A stretch of 64,000 nt of DNA from Lingula anatina (GCA_051362555.1 CM120641.1:39376401-39440400), one strand, 5' to 3'; shown: positions 25,827 through 39,726, numbered from the stretch's first letter. Numbers and translations are program-made. Notes: a model not told the origin generated them from the letters alone.

Positions 25827-27639
25827 CTCATGTCATGAATTGAGGCTGAATTTTCAGATAGTTTGTCAGTTAAGGAGGTTGTTCAAACACTAATCAGATA
25901 CATTTCACAGACATTAAATTTGACATTTGTGACAGAAAAAATTCCTACAAAAGTCATTATATGGAGTGTCATATAACTTGATATAAGATAAGCTGTATCA
26001 GAGCTAAGAGAAGAAAGTCAGCTTATGTCCAAGAGTGAGCAATAAAGATATTTATATATGATACCATGTAATAGCTGGCTATTGAAGAGTGTTCAAATGA
26101 TCATAGAACATTAGATTATGACAGCAATACTTGGACTCTGAGGTGTGGTGCAAAGGATTGGAAGATCTGTTTGAAGAGTTTTGAAAGCACCTGTGCGCTA
26201 TGTATGATACCAAGTCTCAGTGCTCATATACACATAACCAGCGTCTGTATAAATATCATTTAAATTAATTGTAAGTGTTTGTGAGCCAAATTAGAACGTT
26301 TTAGTTTTTGTCCACTCACATTGTTTTGTTGACAGGTGGCATATCGTGATTTCATTACTGTGCTACTTGCAGTGCCTTACAATATCACATAAAAAACATC
26401 ACTATCACAATCTATGGCACTTTTGGTTGATATATGAACCTGCTCACAACATTGCTATATATATATATACTTAGAGGAGGAGGAACAGAGAGACATATTC
26501 AGTAATACATAATATCAGAATCATAGCTGGAACTTTATTATTGTTTTAAGCATAAAAATAATTTTTGTTGAAAAAATTTAATTGTTTGCACGAATTTAGT
26601 TTTTAACTAAATGTCAGTCTGGTAAAAATCTCAGTGTGGAGGGAGATTAATCCAGTTTCCTCACACTTACATTGTTAATGTTTAATTGTCAATTTAACAT
26701 AAAAATCTATAGTTCTGCCTGTTTAGAAATATTCAGTAACATAGTTAGTCACAGTGATTCTTCTCTAGCAAATTTATCTTGGTTTAAGTTGTATATAATA
26801 CATTGATGTATGTGTGTATGTCATCTTGTGTGTGTGTGTGTATGTATATATATGTATGCAGCTGAGATTCAGTTACTACAATATTTTTGTGACTTGAGTT
26901 TTAATCCATGAAAAGGTCTCTACATAATGCAACACCTTAACACTTGAAACATTGAATGGCTTGGCTATGATATGGCATTCTTTGAATTTATAATATGCAT
27001 ATGAATTTGGAATCATGTAATTGTAGGTACGTCACTAGTTTTATACAAATTTGATTGGGCCCTAGTTTGACATGAGCTAATACTAGGACATTCATTCCAG
27101 TGAACATGTATGATGAATTTACCCAGAAATGTTCTATCCTTTAATAACATTCACTGAAATGATCACTTTTCTTCTAAGTAACTTGAAAGTGAAAATTGAT
27201 CAATAATGTGGAAATCTGTTGGAAAACCATTTTGTGATATTATATTATTACATGTAAACATAAAATAGAAGCTGGGGGAATCTGTTAATTAGCCAGTTTG
27301 AATTACTTATATGAATAGATTGATGTGCTGCTATGGCTTATTTGAAAATTTGGTTTCTTGTGATGTGATCTGCTAAAGATAATCAAAGAGACACATTCAA
27401 AAACATTAGACCGTATCATTCTAGATCAGAGCAAAAAATACATTCAAAACCTCTATTTTGTCATGCGTAATCAAACACTGGTGCTACACGAGTTTGTTTT
27501 AGTGTCATTGTGTATTACAGAGCACTTAAATTTCATACTGAATTTTCTATTTTCACCAATGGTGAAGTCATGAATCTTCTGTGCTGAATTAAGTTTTATG
27601 AAATGGAACCAAATGGTTATACAAATAATTGCTGCTTAA

Positions 27640-27964
27640 AGGGATAATAACTCTGTGTGAGATCTATATTTCACAATAAAAACATTGTGAACAACTCAGA
27701 AATATATTGTTTTACCACAAAAATGGCAGTTATAGCTATTAGTCTGATATCTGAGCTTCTCTTTAGACCACGTGACCTCCATTGATAGCTATACTCTGTT
27801 ATAATCTCTTAAGAGATTATAACAAAAAACTAACTTTTTAGAAAAAAAACAGGGACTAACTTTGAATGTAAAAATGGATTCATTAACCATTGGTAAGTAT
27901 GGGAAAATTGTTGTTTACTCTAGTAAAATTCATTTTTTAGCCAAAACAAAGAGTTATTAGCCCT
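27640..27964. mobile_element. Kolobok-like MITE (325 bp)
   Basis: TTAA at 27636-27639 and 27965-27968; TIR AGGGATAATAACTCT / AGAGTTATTAGCCCT (14/15); AG...CT termini; central perfect 28-bp palindrome. Confidence 0.8.
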
Positions 27965-29025
27965 TTAACATCAAATGTGAATTAGGATGCGAGGCTGAAG
28001 TCCAGCCTAAAGGGCACATTTTGTCAGATTGTTTTTGAGAAGACTTGAGTTTTGAGACGGAAGAAAAGCAAATGTAGTTGGGTCAAATTTGTCATGTGTG
28101 CTATATGCTCTGTAAATAGGAATGTAATAAGATCCTAATTCTACTAAGTTCTTGGCATTTTGTTTCATACCTTGTGGTGTGTACCTTGCAATAAAGTGCT
28201 ACTATTACAGAATTTATGGTTATCCTTTTTTATCTGCAGATACTGATGTTGTGTAACCTTGACCATTTTCATCTATTCAGTGTTAAACAATAACGCCAAA
28301 CCATTGTTTTTCTTGAAATTTTAGTGATATATTTTACGGCAATGGTTAAAATGCAAGTCAAGTAAAAGATATGCATAAAATGTAATTGTTCGTGGTTTGT
28401 GATTTTACCTTATACAGTTTGGTTTGCCCCTATATTATATAACAGCAAACTTATGACCACTGATGAGTGCCTTGTTTCAAATGATTAAAGTGGAATATTT
28501 TGATGGAATTAGCAAATCAATTTAAAATTTCAGTTCATAAACGTTTCGTTGAGGAGAATTATGTGGATCATCAGGTCTACCACTTAGGGTGCACTCACAA
28601 TGTAACTATTATAGTAGGTAGTTTGAACTAACTCACAAGAGTGTGGACTCTTGCTGAATGCAATCCGATTAACAGATTAATTTCAGCCCAGCAGAGTACT
28701 GCAGTTGATTAGTTTCTACTTTAACATGTGCCCAGAACCATACCAGGGACTTCCCTTCCCAATCTGAAATACCATATATCTTTTCATTTGCTCCCAATGT
28801 CATCGTGGCAGACACATACTAACAACAACAGCATTATTTTAATAGAACAACACATAATTTATTCACAATGTTATGTACAATCTATTTTTTAATGAACTGA
28901 CCCTTTCTTACAATGCTAAGAAAAATTAAACTTGGTGGTGTTGGAAGGAGTAGGAATCTTTTATCCTTACACCAACTTAATTCTGACAATAAGAGCTGCA
29001 GTGTAGATCCATAAGACCCACTTTT

Positions 29026-29270
29026 AGTCTGGGTTCCCATCCCTAGATCGATCTAACAGGATCAGTCTATCTCCACAGGGTTTCTCGCTAAATTGCTTTC
29101 AGCTTAAGTGGCTTAGATGTCTGGGACGCCTACTAAAGCTGCTAAGCAATAGTTAATTACCCACTATGAGCTTCAGTAGGCGTGACAGACATCTAAGCCA
29201 TCTAAGTTGATTGCAATTATCTCCCCTTGGAGATAGTTCGATCCATAGTACGATAGGGTCTGGGAATGGT
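29026..29270. mobile_element. Hairpin-forming non-autonomous element, copy 2
   Basis: Reverse complement of 7183-7450 (shares TGTCACGCCTACTGAAGCT and CTTAAGCTGAAAGCA). Confidence 0.75.
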
Positions 29271-32200
29271 CTCATAGTACAGGGAATTGGATACACAAAA
29301 AAAAAAAAAAGCATAAAAGCTCCGAGTAGCAGTTGTATTTTGCAAAAACAAAAAAACACACTGACAAATCACATAGACTCTAAAATTTGGCCTCATCTAA
29401 ACTCCTCCATTTCACACCTTCAAGTGCCAAAAAACCAAATAAATATACTATTTCTTTGACAAAAAAATAGCTTTATTTTCACTATCCCAAGAGATAATGT
29501 TAATACTTTGCTTACTTATCTTTTACCAAGTGTCTTCTTCTCAAAGAACACATTTTATGCCCAGTCTGCATGAACCTGGTTTTTCACGATACAATTCTTA
29601 TATAGAGTACATTGGAATAAAACAAACATTAGATCATTAAATCATTTAGATTGGTTTCAGCAATTAACTATTGTCATCAACATAAGCCTCTTGCTGCAGC
29701 AAGGCTGGATGTCTGTTGTTTATAGCATAATATTTTGAAATCAAGTTTGGCACGAATTGATAACAAAAAGCAGATAAGAATTATTGATGAGAAGAACTGA
29801 TGCAGAGGCTTCTTAACCGTCTTCACACACAGCAGTACAGTGATTAAAACAACATTTTTGATAACTGGAAATGGAATGCTAAATATGATTACCAAATAAC
29901 CAAGTAACAATACATTAAATAGTAAAACCCACAATACAACATGAAATTTAATTAATTAAAGCATAGCCTAACTAGAATCTAAAAGCAGAAACTAAAGCCA
30001 TTTTCAGCTGTTCTTTTCTGAAAGACCCTCCAACAAAACTTAAAAATAAACCCTGCATCCCTTCCAGATATCTCACTACCTGACACCAAATACTAGAATT
30101 AAGGATTCCTAATTAAATACACCATCCCTTATCCTGTAAAAAATGTACAGTGCAGATATCTATCCCATTCCACACTTATTCCTGAGAGCTACACAGCACT
30201 TGAATCACATCTTTCCATTGCATCCATGAACTTAAGTAAAATCCAAAGCATGCCTCAGTCATGATTTGAAAAAATGCATTCAATTTAATTAATTTCAAAC
30301 ATTTCAATCTCAATGTCATTCAATTATCAATTAAAAAGTAAATATGACCTTGAGAAATGTTTTATATGCACAAGTCTTTGCTGCCTTTCTGTTGAATAAA
30401 CCTTACATAAACAATGTTTAAACAATATACAACATTCATTCAGTTTGCTTCTTTTGAAAAATCTACACTTAAGAACTTGGTGAGCATCATTCAATAGAAA
30501 GAAAATGTTTCCATAATTCATGATTTTCCGAAAATATATACTGCACAGGGCAAAGAGATATGCCAAGTTTTTGAACTATGAACAAAAAAAAAATCCACTA
30601 AACAATAGGTCTTATCAACTTTCTATCAGAAGAAAGTAAAAGTGTGACATAATTGGACTCTAGATTTTCTATACCACTTGTGTTATAAACTATCATAAGA
30701 CAGGAAAAACCTCTTGGAGCTTAAGAAAATTCATCTTATCAACTATCTATTCTGTTCAATCTCTTTTTTTATTTTGACTCAGTGCTAGACTACCTAAAGT
30801 GATCCATTCCATTAAATCTATGCCAATATCCCTTAATGTGTGTAATCAAATGATCAGGATTTTCAAAACCCTGATAAACAAAATCCTGAAAATGGAATCA
30901 ATAAAATCCATTTCTACACCAAAACTCACATAACTGCACGAAGAAGTTAATTAGTGGCATCTCCAATGAATCAAACAAGACCTTCTAGGTATATAAAAGC
31001 AAACCATGTGGAAGTGAATCTGACAGTTATATGCCTCTTCTTCCATTGTGACCTTTACAAACATCAGTTGCATGCCAAATTTAACCCAACATCCTGTAAC
31101 AACATATCCAACTTCATCAAAGTATTTCATGCAAGTTATGAGTTTGTGCATATCAACCTTTCTAAACAACAAAGATCCCTGGACTCTGCCTGATCAGAGC
31201 TAAATAGAAGAGATATACGACCACAATTGAATGAAGCCTAGAGTGTGAACACGCATACACACAACAGGCGCATTCACATCTGCTCTATGCAGAGTGAGCC
31301 GAACAGAAAATGACTATTTCTTTTCTAACTGCCCCTTCTTTCAATGATTTTACCCTTCACAACTACACTAAAAACTTCACTCAAGAAGTAGACAATTTCT
31401 TACAAGAACGATATGTAACAGACCTACTAACAGAGCAACTAACATTTTGACTAACTTTTCACTAACTACAGCAGCAGGATTGACCTTGGAAAAAAAAACC
31501 CTGCATATTTATTCATTATCACTCCTAAGCATATAATACAACAATTCTGATATTTTAAATCTTAATTTCTAAATAAACTGATTATTTTCAATTTTTGAAG
31601 GCACACCTGTAAGAAAAATCATGCCGTAGACCTGCTGCAGCAAGAAATACCACAATGAATGAAAAGCTGCCTTTCAAAGTGTTGTCTTCGTTCTTAATTT
31701 TTTAATGAGATAATTGCAGAAATTACAAGAATGCAGTGATACATAACACTTCAAAAAGCCTCAAAGACAATATGTGCTAGAGATTCATCAATTATCATGA
31801 ACATCAAATTTGCTTTTAAGCTACTATCTAACTCATTCAACAAGTCTCGTGCAGGTGAACCCAAATAGAATGGAATAGAGGGAAAAAAACTCATCAAAGT
31901 TACTCGGTACATGAAAGTGTACTACCTGACACATTATTTGGTAATCGTAACATAGGAACCTATAAAGCAACATTATTTATCAGTAGTTTGTGTCAAACTT
32001 GTCTGAGAAAAAGACTTAAACATTAGATATCTTGACAAATGTTATCCAACAGTAACTTAGTCATGAAAAGGGACATATTTAATATTCCATTATACCCGGA
32101 AATTTTTTTTGAAAAGTCTTCTGTAAGACTTGGCATCCTGTTCACTAACCATCCACAAAATGGTATTTGGACACTTCAGTAAAAAGAAACATTAAGCCCT

Positions 32201-32524
32201 TTGAGAAAGGAAACAAATGGGGATCAACTGAGACAGTCTAAAGCCTTTAGACTTGTGACTTAGTGTAAAATCAAGTGAGTTTCCACACAGTTTCACCCTT
32301 ATCACTGAAAAGTTAACCCCATCTTACAAGGATTCTTGCAAGTTTCACAGTTTTGGGTGACTTAAGGAGTGCTGATAGCCTCCTTTGAGTCTATCTCAGA
32401 GGATCCCCATTTAAATCTTCCAATTGTTTTCTACTAGATTTAACAAATTTCTCATACTGATGTGTGAAATGATATATTAATAGAACTAAGTAAAGCGTTA
32501 ACATGCATCCTGCCATATATATGG

Positions 32525-32568
32525 CAAACAAACAAACAAACAAACAAACAAACAAACAAACAAACAAA
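32525..32568. repeat. (CAAA)11 microsatellite
   Basis: Direct reading. Confidence 0.95.
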
Positions 32569-33606
32569 AAACTGACTTGATGATTATTACCAAACTGTCT
32601 AAATCCAAAATTACATTAACAGGAACCTTGTACTCTATTAATTTCCATTTATCAAAATATTTTCAAGCTAAAGAATATCACAATAAATTTTATAATACAT
32701 ACATACAATATACTGGAAAAGAAGACCAGTTCCTCAATTGTCAACAACAAAACAAAAAGGAAAAGAAGAGTTGGTTGACTAAAGATAAAAGTTGGAAACG
32801 GACAAAATTATAAACCACAAGAATAAAGTGTAAACATCATAAAAGCTAGACATTAAATATACATGTCAATAAATTAATTTAAAAGCTAACAATAACTGGC
32901 TGAATAAAACCACATACAGTAATGATGATTATTTATAGCTCCTTCAAACACCATTTGATTCTTTCCTGTTTCTAAAAGAAAAAAAAAAAAAAAAAAAAAA
33001 AAAAAAGTGGGAAATGACTACTTTAACTAAGCTAAGGGCTAAATGTCATATTGGGTCTCATTTTCTGCAGCTTCTGTGATATCAACCACTGCAAATAGCA
33101 GTTGATCATAAAACAGATATTTCATAAAAGGGAGCAGAGGCATTCTGTTTCCTCAAATTATTTTATACTTTTGTCCTATATAATCGCAAATAACAATGAC
33201 TAGTGTCGAAAAGTGGCATACATGTACATGTATTTATAAAAACAATTAAACAACAAACAAAAAGATTATTGCAAAATTTAAAGCATGTTCCTTTATCTTT
33301 TTTGTGTCACACATTCAAAACAACTTCTCATTACATTAACAAAACATATCTCATAATTTGGTTAATCACCATTTTTGACTTTCAAAAACCTGAATTCAAA
33401 GAGTCACAAATTAAATATTTAAAAAAAAGTACAACAACACAAAACACACACCTCCCCAGTATGACATACAATATTGAACATAAAGGTAACCACTTTCTGT
33501 TACAAACATTTAACTGAAGAAAAAAAACCCAAACAATCAAGGAGTTCCCAGCAATATAAGATAACTTCCAAACACAAAATACCATCCTAACAAGCCATAA
33601 CTATCA

Positions 33607-34783
33607 CTATTCTCTTCTTGTACGCTTTGGTCTGGCGCCACCTACTTCCACATCAAATCCCCTCTTACTGGTGTGTTTTAAATGGACTTGAGATTGGGCT
33701 GTCAGCTGCAATTTTATGGCACTAGCGTTCATTTTAGTTGCTGTTAGCAAACTCTTTAGTCCTTTCATTTTCTCACTGTGCAGCACAAGTCCATGCTGTC
33801 CATTGGCTGCTGCAGTCAGACCAGAAATCGGTGTCTCTCTCTGTGACCTGGCACTGGCGGGTCTGATCATTCCTTTGAATAACTTAAAATCTGCAGGGCT
33901 TTCTGCCTTAAGCATAGAGTCCATGGTCATGCCTGCAAAAGGACTGCTGTTGGTTTTAGAGCTCAAAAATTCACTGATTTCAACTTTAGCTTCACTGTTG
34001 AAAGGTTCGCCACTCCCCAACAAGTAGTCTGGGTTGAGAATAGATTCTCCACATGCCTGTGCTAGAGCTGCAATGTTAGGGTTAGGTGTCTCATTCTGCG
34101 AACCCTCACCCACCTTGGATGCTAGTTCCTCGATAGTAGACTTGATTTGTTCTTCTTTTTTATCCTCCTCTGACTGTTCTGGGAATTTTGCCTTTTCCTG
34201 ATTATTTCTCACTTCTCCACCACCATTCACAGCATTGGTCGGGGCCTTTTTGGGTCTGCCCCTTCCTCTTTTAAGGACTTTACTTTCACCAACTAATTCT
34301 TTTGCTACAGATGACACCCTTTCACTTTTCACTTTATCCCCCACTGCTTTTTCTTCTGCCTCTTCATCATCTTCTTCATCATCATCATCTTCATCGTCCT
34401 CCTCCTCCTCATCCTCACCATCTCTTTCACCCTCAGCATGAACTTCCATATTTTCTCTGACTTTGGGGTCAAATCTGGACAGAGTGTAGACCAGCTGCTG
34501 TGCCCAACCCACATGTAACACTGGAGTGGAACTGCCTTCCTCCCACTGACATATCCCATCATAAAACTGGAGCAGGTACGAGTAGCAGTCAGGGTCATGG
34601 AGAATGTGTGTCTGATTGTACTGGCTAACGGAGGGTGCTGCAATCACCACTGCTGCATCTTCTAGTCTGGGTTTTGATTGTGTCTCAGCAGATGTGACAG
34701 CTCTCACAATATTTGGTATCATGTCATTGGCAATCTCCAAGAATTCTTTGTATATTTCTTCATCTTCCCTGTTGTAGTTGAAC
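33607..34783 (-). CDS. MEN1: Menin coding exon 6 (terminal)
   Basis: [48 protein letters not shown] and [31 protein letters not shown] are menin motifs; TTTATAG acceptor; TAG stop. Confidence 0.97.
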
Positions 34784-35522
34784 CTATAAAATAGTATAAG
34801 TCAAATCATATATACAGGTAAATGCATGCACTAATATTGAATCAAACTTAAAAGTACCAAGTATGGACTAAAATCGCAGCTAAGAGTATCTATTCATTCT
34901 ACCTCGACTAAAAGAAATGTGTTGTTCTGGAGAATGTGAATAACAGAGTTTTTTTTAGTAAATTTTATAACCAAAAATTATAATCAAGGTCTTTACTGTA
35001 CCAGGTACATTGGAAAGATACATGCACAGGAAACAAGAAGCAGTTTCTTTACAAGAATAAGAGCTTGCATTTTCATATTAAATTTTGGTTTATATCCTAA
35101 TAAATATTTTAGTATCAGTATATCTTGACATCAAAGAAAACTGTTTGTAAAGCTTCACAATTTATGGAACAGAGCAAATAATTACAATTTTATTTTTAAA
35201 ATTAAGCAATTATTATAAAAAATGATACTGAGATAATGGTATCAAAGAGCAAAAAGGTTGATTTTTACAAAATGTCCCCACAACATAAAATAACAACTTT
35301 GGATGAAATGCCTCATGTTCTGTTTAAATATCCACTACACCTTATAAAATTATCACAATTATCAAAATAACATAAAGATCACAAATCAACACCATGGACG
35401 TGATCAGGAGGGACCTGAAAATTGGCAATGCTGTGCAATTATCCCAGAAAAGTTAAAAAACAAAGTGAAAAAAAATAAAATAAAATCAGGAAAAAAAACC
35501 TGAAAAAGGACATATAACAAAC

Positions 35523-35747
35523 CTTTTGATAACACTTGCTGCATCTGCCCAGTACTTCAATGCTTCCTTGTAATGCTTCTTCCTGTACATGTAGGCAGCC
35601 ATGTAGGTGTATGGATACACATGATGATTGTCGTAGTATGTTCTAGCAGTGTCTATGGCTTCCTTGAACAGTTCAATGGGGGTGGGTCGACCTGAAGTGG
35701 GCTGAATTTCTTCCAAATCTCCTAGATTTCCAAGAGCCATAGGGTAG
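35523..35747 (-). CDS. MEN1: Menin coding exon 5
   Basis: YPMALGNLGDLEEI...YYDNHHVYPYTY...WADAASVIK; AG/GT bounded, phase 2/2. Confidence 0.97.
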
Positions 35748-36183
35748 CTAAAGAAAACATTGAACTCGTTGTTGTTTATTATTTCAAAAATGACAAATGA
35801 CTAGAAAAAACTCAGAGAGCACAAACCTCTGAGATGACAGTTCAATTCTCTATATTAATTAATTTATCTTATGGTAATGAATCATCACCAAAATCTAAGC
35901 AATTCCAAGTTCCTGAGTAAGCCTGGAATTTTATCAAAATCCATCCATAAGGTTTAAAGTAATTCTCTTAAATGAAACCATCAAAGCTAAAAATATAATC
36001 TCCATACACAAAGTGGGGGTAAAGAAACAAAAATTTATTTTCATCTGAACTAATTCCTGGAGGGGCCTCATCTGCATCAACCTGACAATGGTCCAGGTCA
36101 TAAAAATTCAAAGTTCATTTGCTCAGCAATTAATACTGAACATCCCAAATGAAAGAAAAAGTATCCTTGTCCTTATGACTCAC

Positions 36184-36224
36184 CGTTTCAGAAAACCCAT
36201 GTCATACAACAGCCATAGCAGTTC
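36184..36224 (-). CDS. MEN1: Menin coding exon 4 (41 nt, absent from the ORF track)
   Basis: ELLWLLYDMGFLKR; TTATAG acceptor, GTGAGT donor; phases 0/2 join the neighbouring exons. Confidence 0.95.
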
Positions 36225-37176
36225 CTATAAAATAAAATATCAAATAGTCAGTCACACGTACAATCATCAGTCAGACAATGTATTATAAATTAATGTACTA
36301 TTATGTAATTTATTCAGGGAGTCCAGATGCAAGGCAAACATCTCACACTTTTGCATAACAATATCACATTGTTTGATGACATTTGTCCATTATCAGCACA
36401 TCCTCTACTTGAATTACAAGCATATCAGTAAATTGGATATTTTGCCGAGATGCACTTCCTCAAACTAATCAACCATTATCTGACAAATCCGTAACTAATG
36501 ACATTGAGTCACCTCTGACAACAGTTTGGAAATCCTGACCTATAAAAGTGTGCTTAGTTTCAAATAAGATATCAAACTGACTTAAATCAAATCGGTGTAT
36601 TCTTTTTAAAAATAAAGAAAAGAAGCAAATAAATGCCGATATTTAACATTTCTGAAACTACCATTTAAGCATGACTATAAATGAATGAGTATGGATGCAG
36701 GTATCATATAATATATTATTTGTTCTTTTTTCTATGGTATTTGCATTAGTAAATGAATATCAACCTTTATAACAGTAAGAGTTTTCAATGAAAAATCCAT
36801 TATCGATGTGCATTTTATAAGCAATGCTTTCAACAACTAGTTACAATGCGCACATTCATAGGCAGTTTTGATTTATTGTTCATATACGTAGGCTAGGGCT
36901 AATTGAAAACCCCATGAGAAATAACCACAAGCAGCAGAAATATCCGATGACTGCCTGCCCACACAGAGAAGATAAGGTTTGCACATACATATAAAGTTTC
37001 ATCACATGTAAATGAAAATAAATTTACTGTAAAAAGTGATCACATTTGATCACTTTACCTCCAACTTTCCACTGTAAAGGTGAAATTAAATAGTTCTGTA
37101 AAAACTTTACATACGAGCATGATGCACCCCTCCCCCCCCCCCCCCCCCGCCCCCAAGTTATTAAGCAAAATCTCAC

Positions 37177-37361
37177 CTGTTGCAGGTCTCCCAACTCTAC
37201 ACTATCTGTGCTTGCATTAATGGAACAGTTGATACCAGAGACCAGAGAGGCTACTTCTAGTTTTCTATCACAGACTACAGGGTGTCCATTAAGGTACAAC
37301 CAACTCTTCTCAGCCACGCCCATACTAATTGACTGACCTCTCTTGTCTTCATTTCCCTTGC
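37177..37361 (-). CDS. MEN1: Menin coding exon 3
   Basis: KGNEDKRGQSI...EKSWLYLNG...TDSVELGDLQQ; AAG acceptor, CAG|GTGAGA donor. Confidence 0.95.
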
Positions 37362-37755
37362 CTTCAACAAACAGAAAAAGGTTTCCACTTTTTATTTCAT
37401 GAATGGGTCAAAGAGAGCAAGAATATGCATTTATTTCACTTCATTTGATTTTTTAATTAATAAATATACTGCAACAGAATCAAACGACAGTTTAATACAT
37501 ACAGATATACAACAATTGTTTATCGGTTATCAACTTTTACAAAATTGCTTTTTGACATTTAATCACAACATAGGTTTAATATTTCGTTTTTGCACGTACA
37601 GCATATGTAATAATCAAGCAGGAAAAGTTTTTAATACAGGTGTGCGACATAATACAATTCATTAGTTCTTTGATATCGACTAATTACTACTAACATTAAC
37701 ATTTACTTTCAACTTAACAATATTGAGAAAATTATCACTGTGTGAAGGATATTAC

Positions 37756-37908
37756 CATGCCAGGTAACCTCTGCTGTCTCCTCTCCGTTCTCCCCAAACA
37801 CAACCCAGGCATGGTCTTCTGAGAGAGCTAGGTGGACATCGGTCAGTCCAAGGACCTGGCAAGCTGCCACAACTGAATAGGCAAGGCCAAAACAGTCCAA
37901 TTTGTTAC
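37756..37908 (-). CDS. MEN1: Menin coding exon 2
   Basis: [39 protein letters not shown]...TAEVTWHG; AG/GT bounded, phase 1/1. Confidence 0.97.
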
Positions 37909-38415
37909 CTAGAACAAACAGCAAGCACCACTTAAGAATATCAATAGGGAAACATGATTCTTATCAGAATTCCCCATATTACACCATTTTTCTGGAAACT
38001 AGCCAAGACTTCAATAACAAAACTGAGAGAACCCTCCCAGAAAGAATTATCAATCATGTACTAGGATTACTAAGGTGATTATGAATAAGAATGTAATCGA
38101 TTCACTGTTAAATGCAACAGCAGAGACTAAGAGTTCTCTTTATAAATACTTTCTCTGATAATCATCAAAACTAAATGTTGATGGATATGCAGTCACATTT
38201 TCCAAAAAAATCAAAGTTGTGCATCATTTCATGCCGTCTGTGCCAAACAAAATGGGTACGAAAATTTATAAACTGCTCGTATTAAATAATTTTTATTTTA
38301 ACACTAGCACTCATAAATTTCATTATGGCCGGGCTATCTGTACACCCATTTCGTTTAATACTAAAGCATACTCTTTTATCTTAGAACATTAAAAGCACAG
38401 GCACAGCTTGCTTTT

Positions 38416-38551
38416 GTTTTTCACTTACAGATGGATTATTACATAATGCTTACACAATATATACACATGCATCTGAAAAATTAGTTTTTCACTTACAGAT
38501 GGATTATTACATAATGCTTACACAATATATACACATGCATCTGAAAAATTA
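38416..38551. repeat. Perfect 68-bp tandem duplication in MEN1 intron 1
   Basis: 38416-38483 is identical to 38484-38551. Confidence 0.95.
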
Positions 38552-38600
38552 GCCAATAAAATGTTTCAAGGGTTTTCCAAAATTAAATTTTGGAATTTAA

Positions 38601-38892
38601 GAGGGTATTCAGAACAAGTTGATCCGCCGACTAACAGATCCGCAACTAAATATGGCTGACTCACTTAAAAGCAGCGCCCGTCTAATCCCCCTGATGGCCT
38701 CCCTGCCTCCACACTTGCCATCGCTACAGGATCCTAGCAATTAAAACTTGGCGCTAAGATTTATTCCGTTTAATGGCACACGTGGAGGTGGGGAGACCAT
38801 CAGGCAATTAAGTGGTGCTGCTTTTAAGTGGAGGCAGCCATATTTAGTTGGCAGATCAGTTAGTCTGCGGATCATCTGTTCTGAATGCGCTG
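38601..38892. mobile_element. Harbinger/Tourist-like hairpin MITE
   Basis: TAA on both flanks; ~70-bp imperfect TIR (ATTCAGAACA...AACTAAATATGGCTG / CAGCCATATTTAGTT...TGTTCTGAAT). Confidence 0.8.
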
Positions 38893-39497
38893 TAAGTAGA
38901 ATTATTAACATTGGCTTCCAGGGAGTAACACAATACATTTGTTACCTATCCTAAACTCAAAATAAGAGGAGACAGATGATTTTGTCAAACTTTTATCAAA
39001 ATTATTTTTTAGCACTTAGAAAACAAATGCTGTTGACAATACTGAAATAATGTGAAACTTCAATAACATTTGTTTTGAAAAAAGTCAGATTAAAAATGGT
39101 GGTCTAATTTATTTATAACTGATATAACTGGAATTCCAATAACTGGTCCTATTACACACAACCACAATGATTCCAACCTAATAAAGATTGCTCATGTTCT
39201 ATATAAACCCCTTGGTTCTAAACTGTGCAACCAATTCCAGTGGTTATTATGTTTGGCTTCTGACTCAGCACAATTTAGCACCACATTAGGAAGTGATCTA
39301 CTAAAATAAAGATCAGAATAATTAGATTTTGGGTGCTGTGAATGTGGTTTTTCTTTTGCAAGGGTTTTAAAATGGTCAAATTAATGAGATTATCAGGAAG
39401 TGATTCAAGCGCTATCTTCTATAAAAGTAAAAAAAAAAAGGATAGGAAGACACGCCATCTGATACAGTGGAGGTCTTGTCTGCTTAATGTCCACTAA

Positions 39498-39726
39498 GGG
39501 TTCATTCCCAAAGACACTATTTGTTTAGGGAGATAGATCCAACTCTCTTGGAAATCTTGTTGAATGCAATCAGATAAACTGAATGGCACAGGACACATCT
39601 CCTCCTGATATTAAATAGAACACAGAAAAGCTGTTGACTATACAAGTACATTGGAAACAAAAGGCAGTATGATAATCTATTACACTGATTGCATTCAGCA
39701 AGAGTACCGGAGTTGGATCAATCTAC
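39498..39726. mobile_element. Hairpin MITE, same family as 23403-23636 (right end eroded)
   Basis: TAA|GGGTTCATTCC start; GATCCAACTC...GAGTTGGATC and TGAATGCAATCAG...CTGATTGCATTCA inverted arms. Confidence 0.7.

Noticed and set aside
33716-34643. ORFs overlapping MEN1 exon 6 (33716..34027, 34235..34441, 34329..34643)
   Set aside because: Antisense or alternate-frame shadows; the poly-Ser is the reverse complement of the acidic tract.
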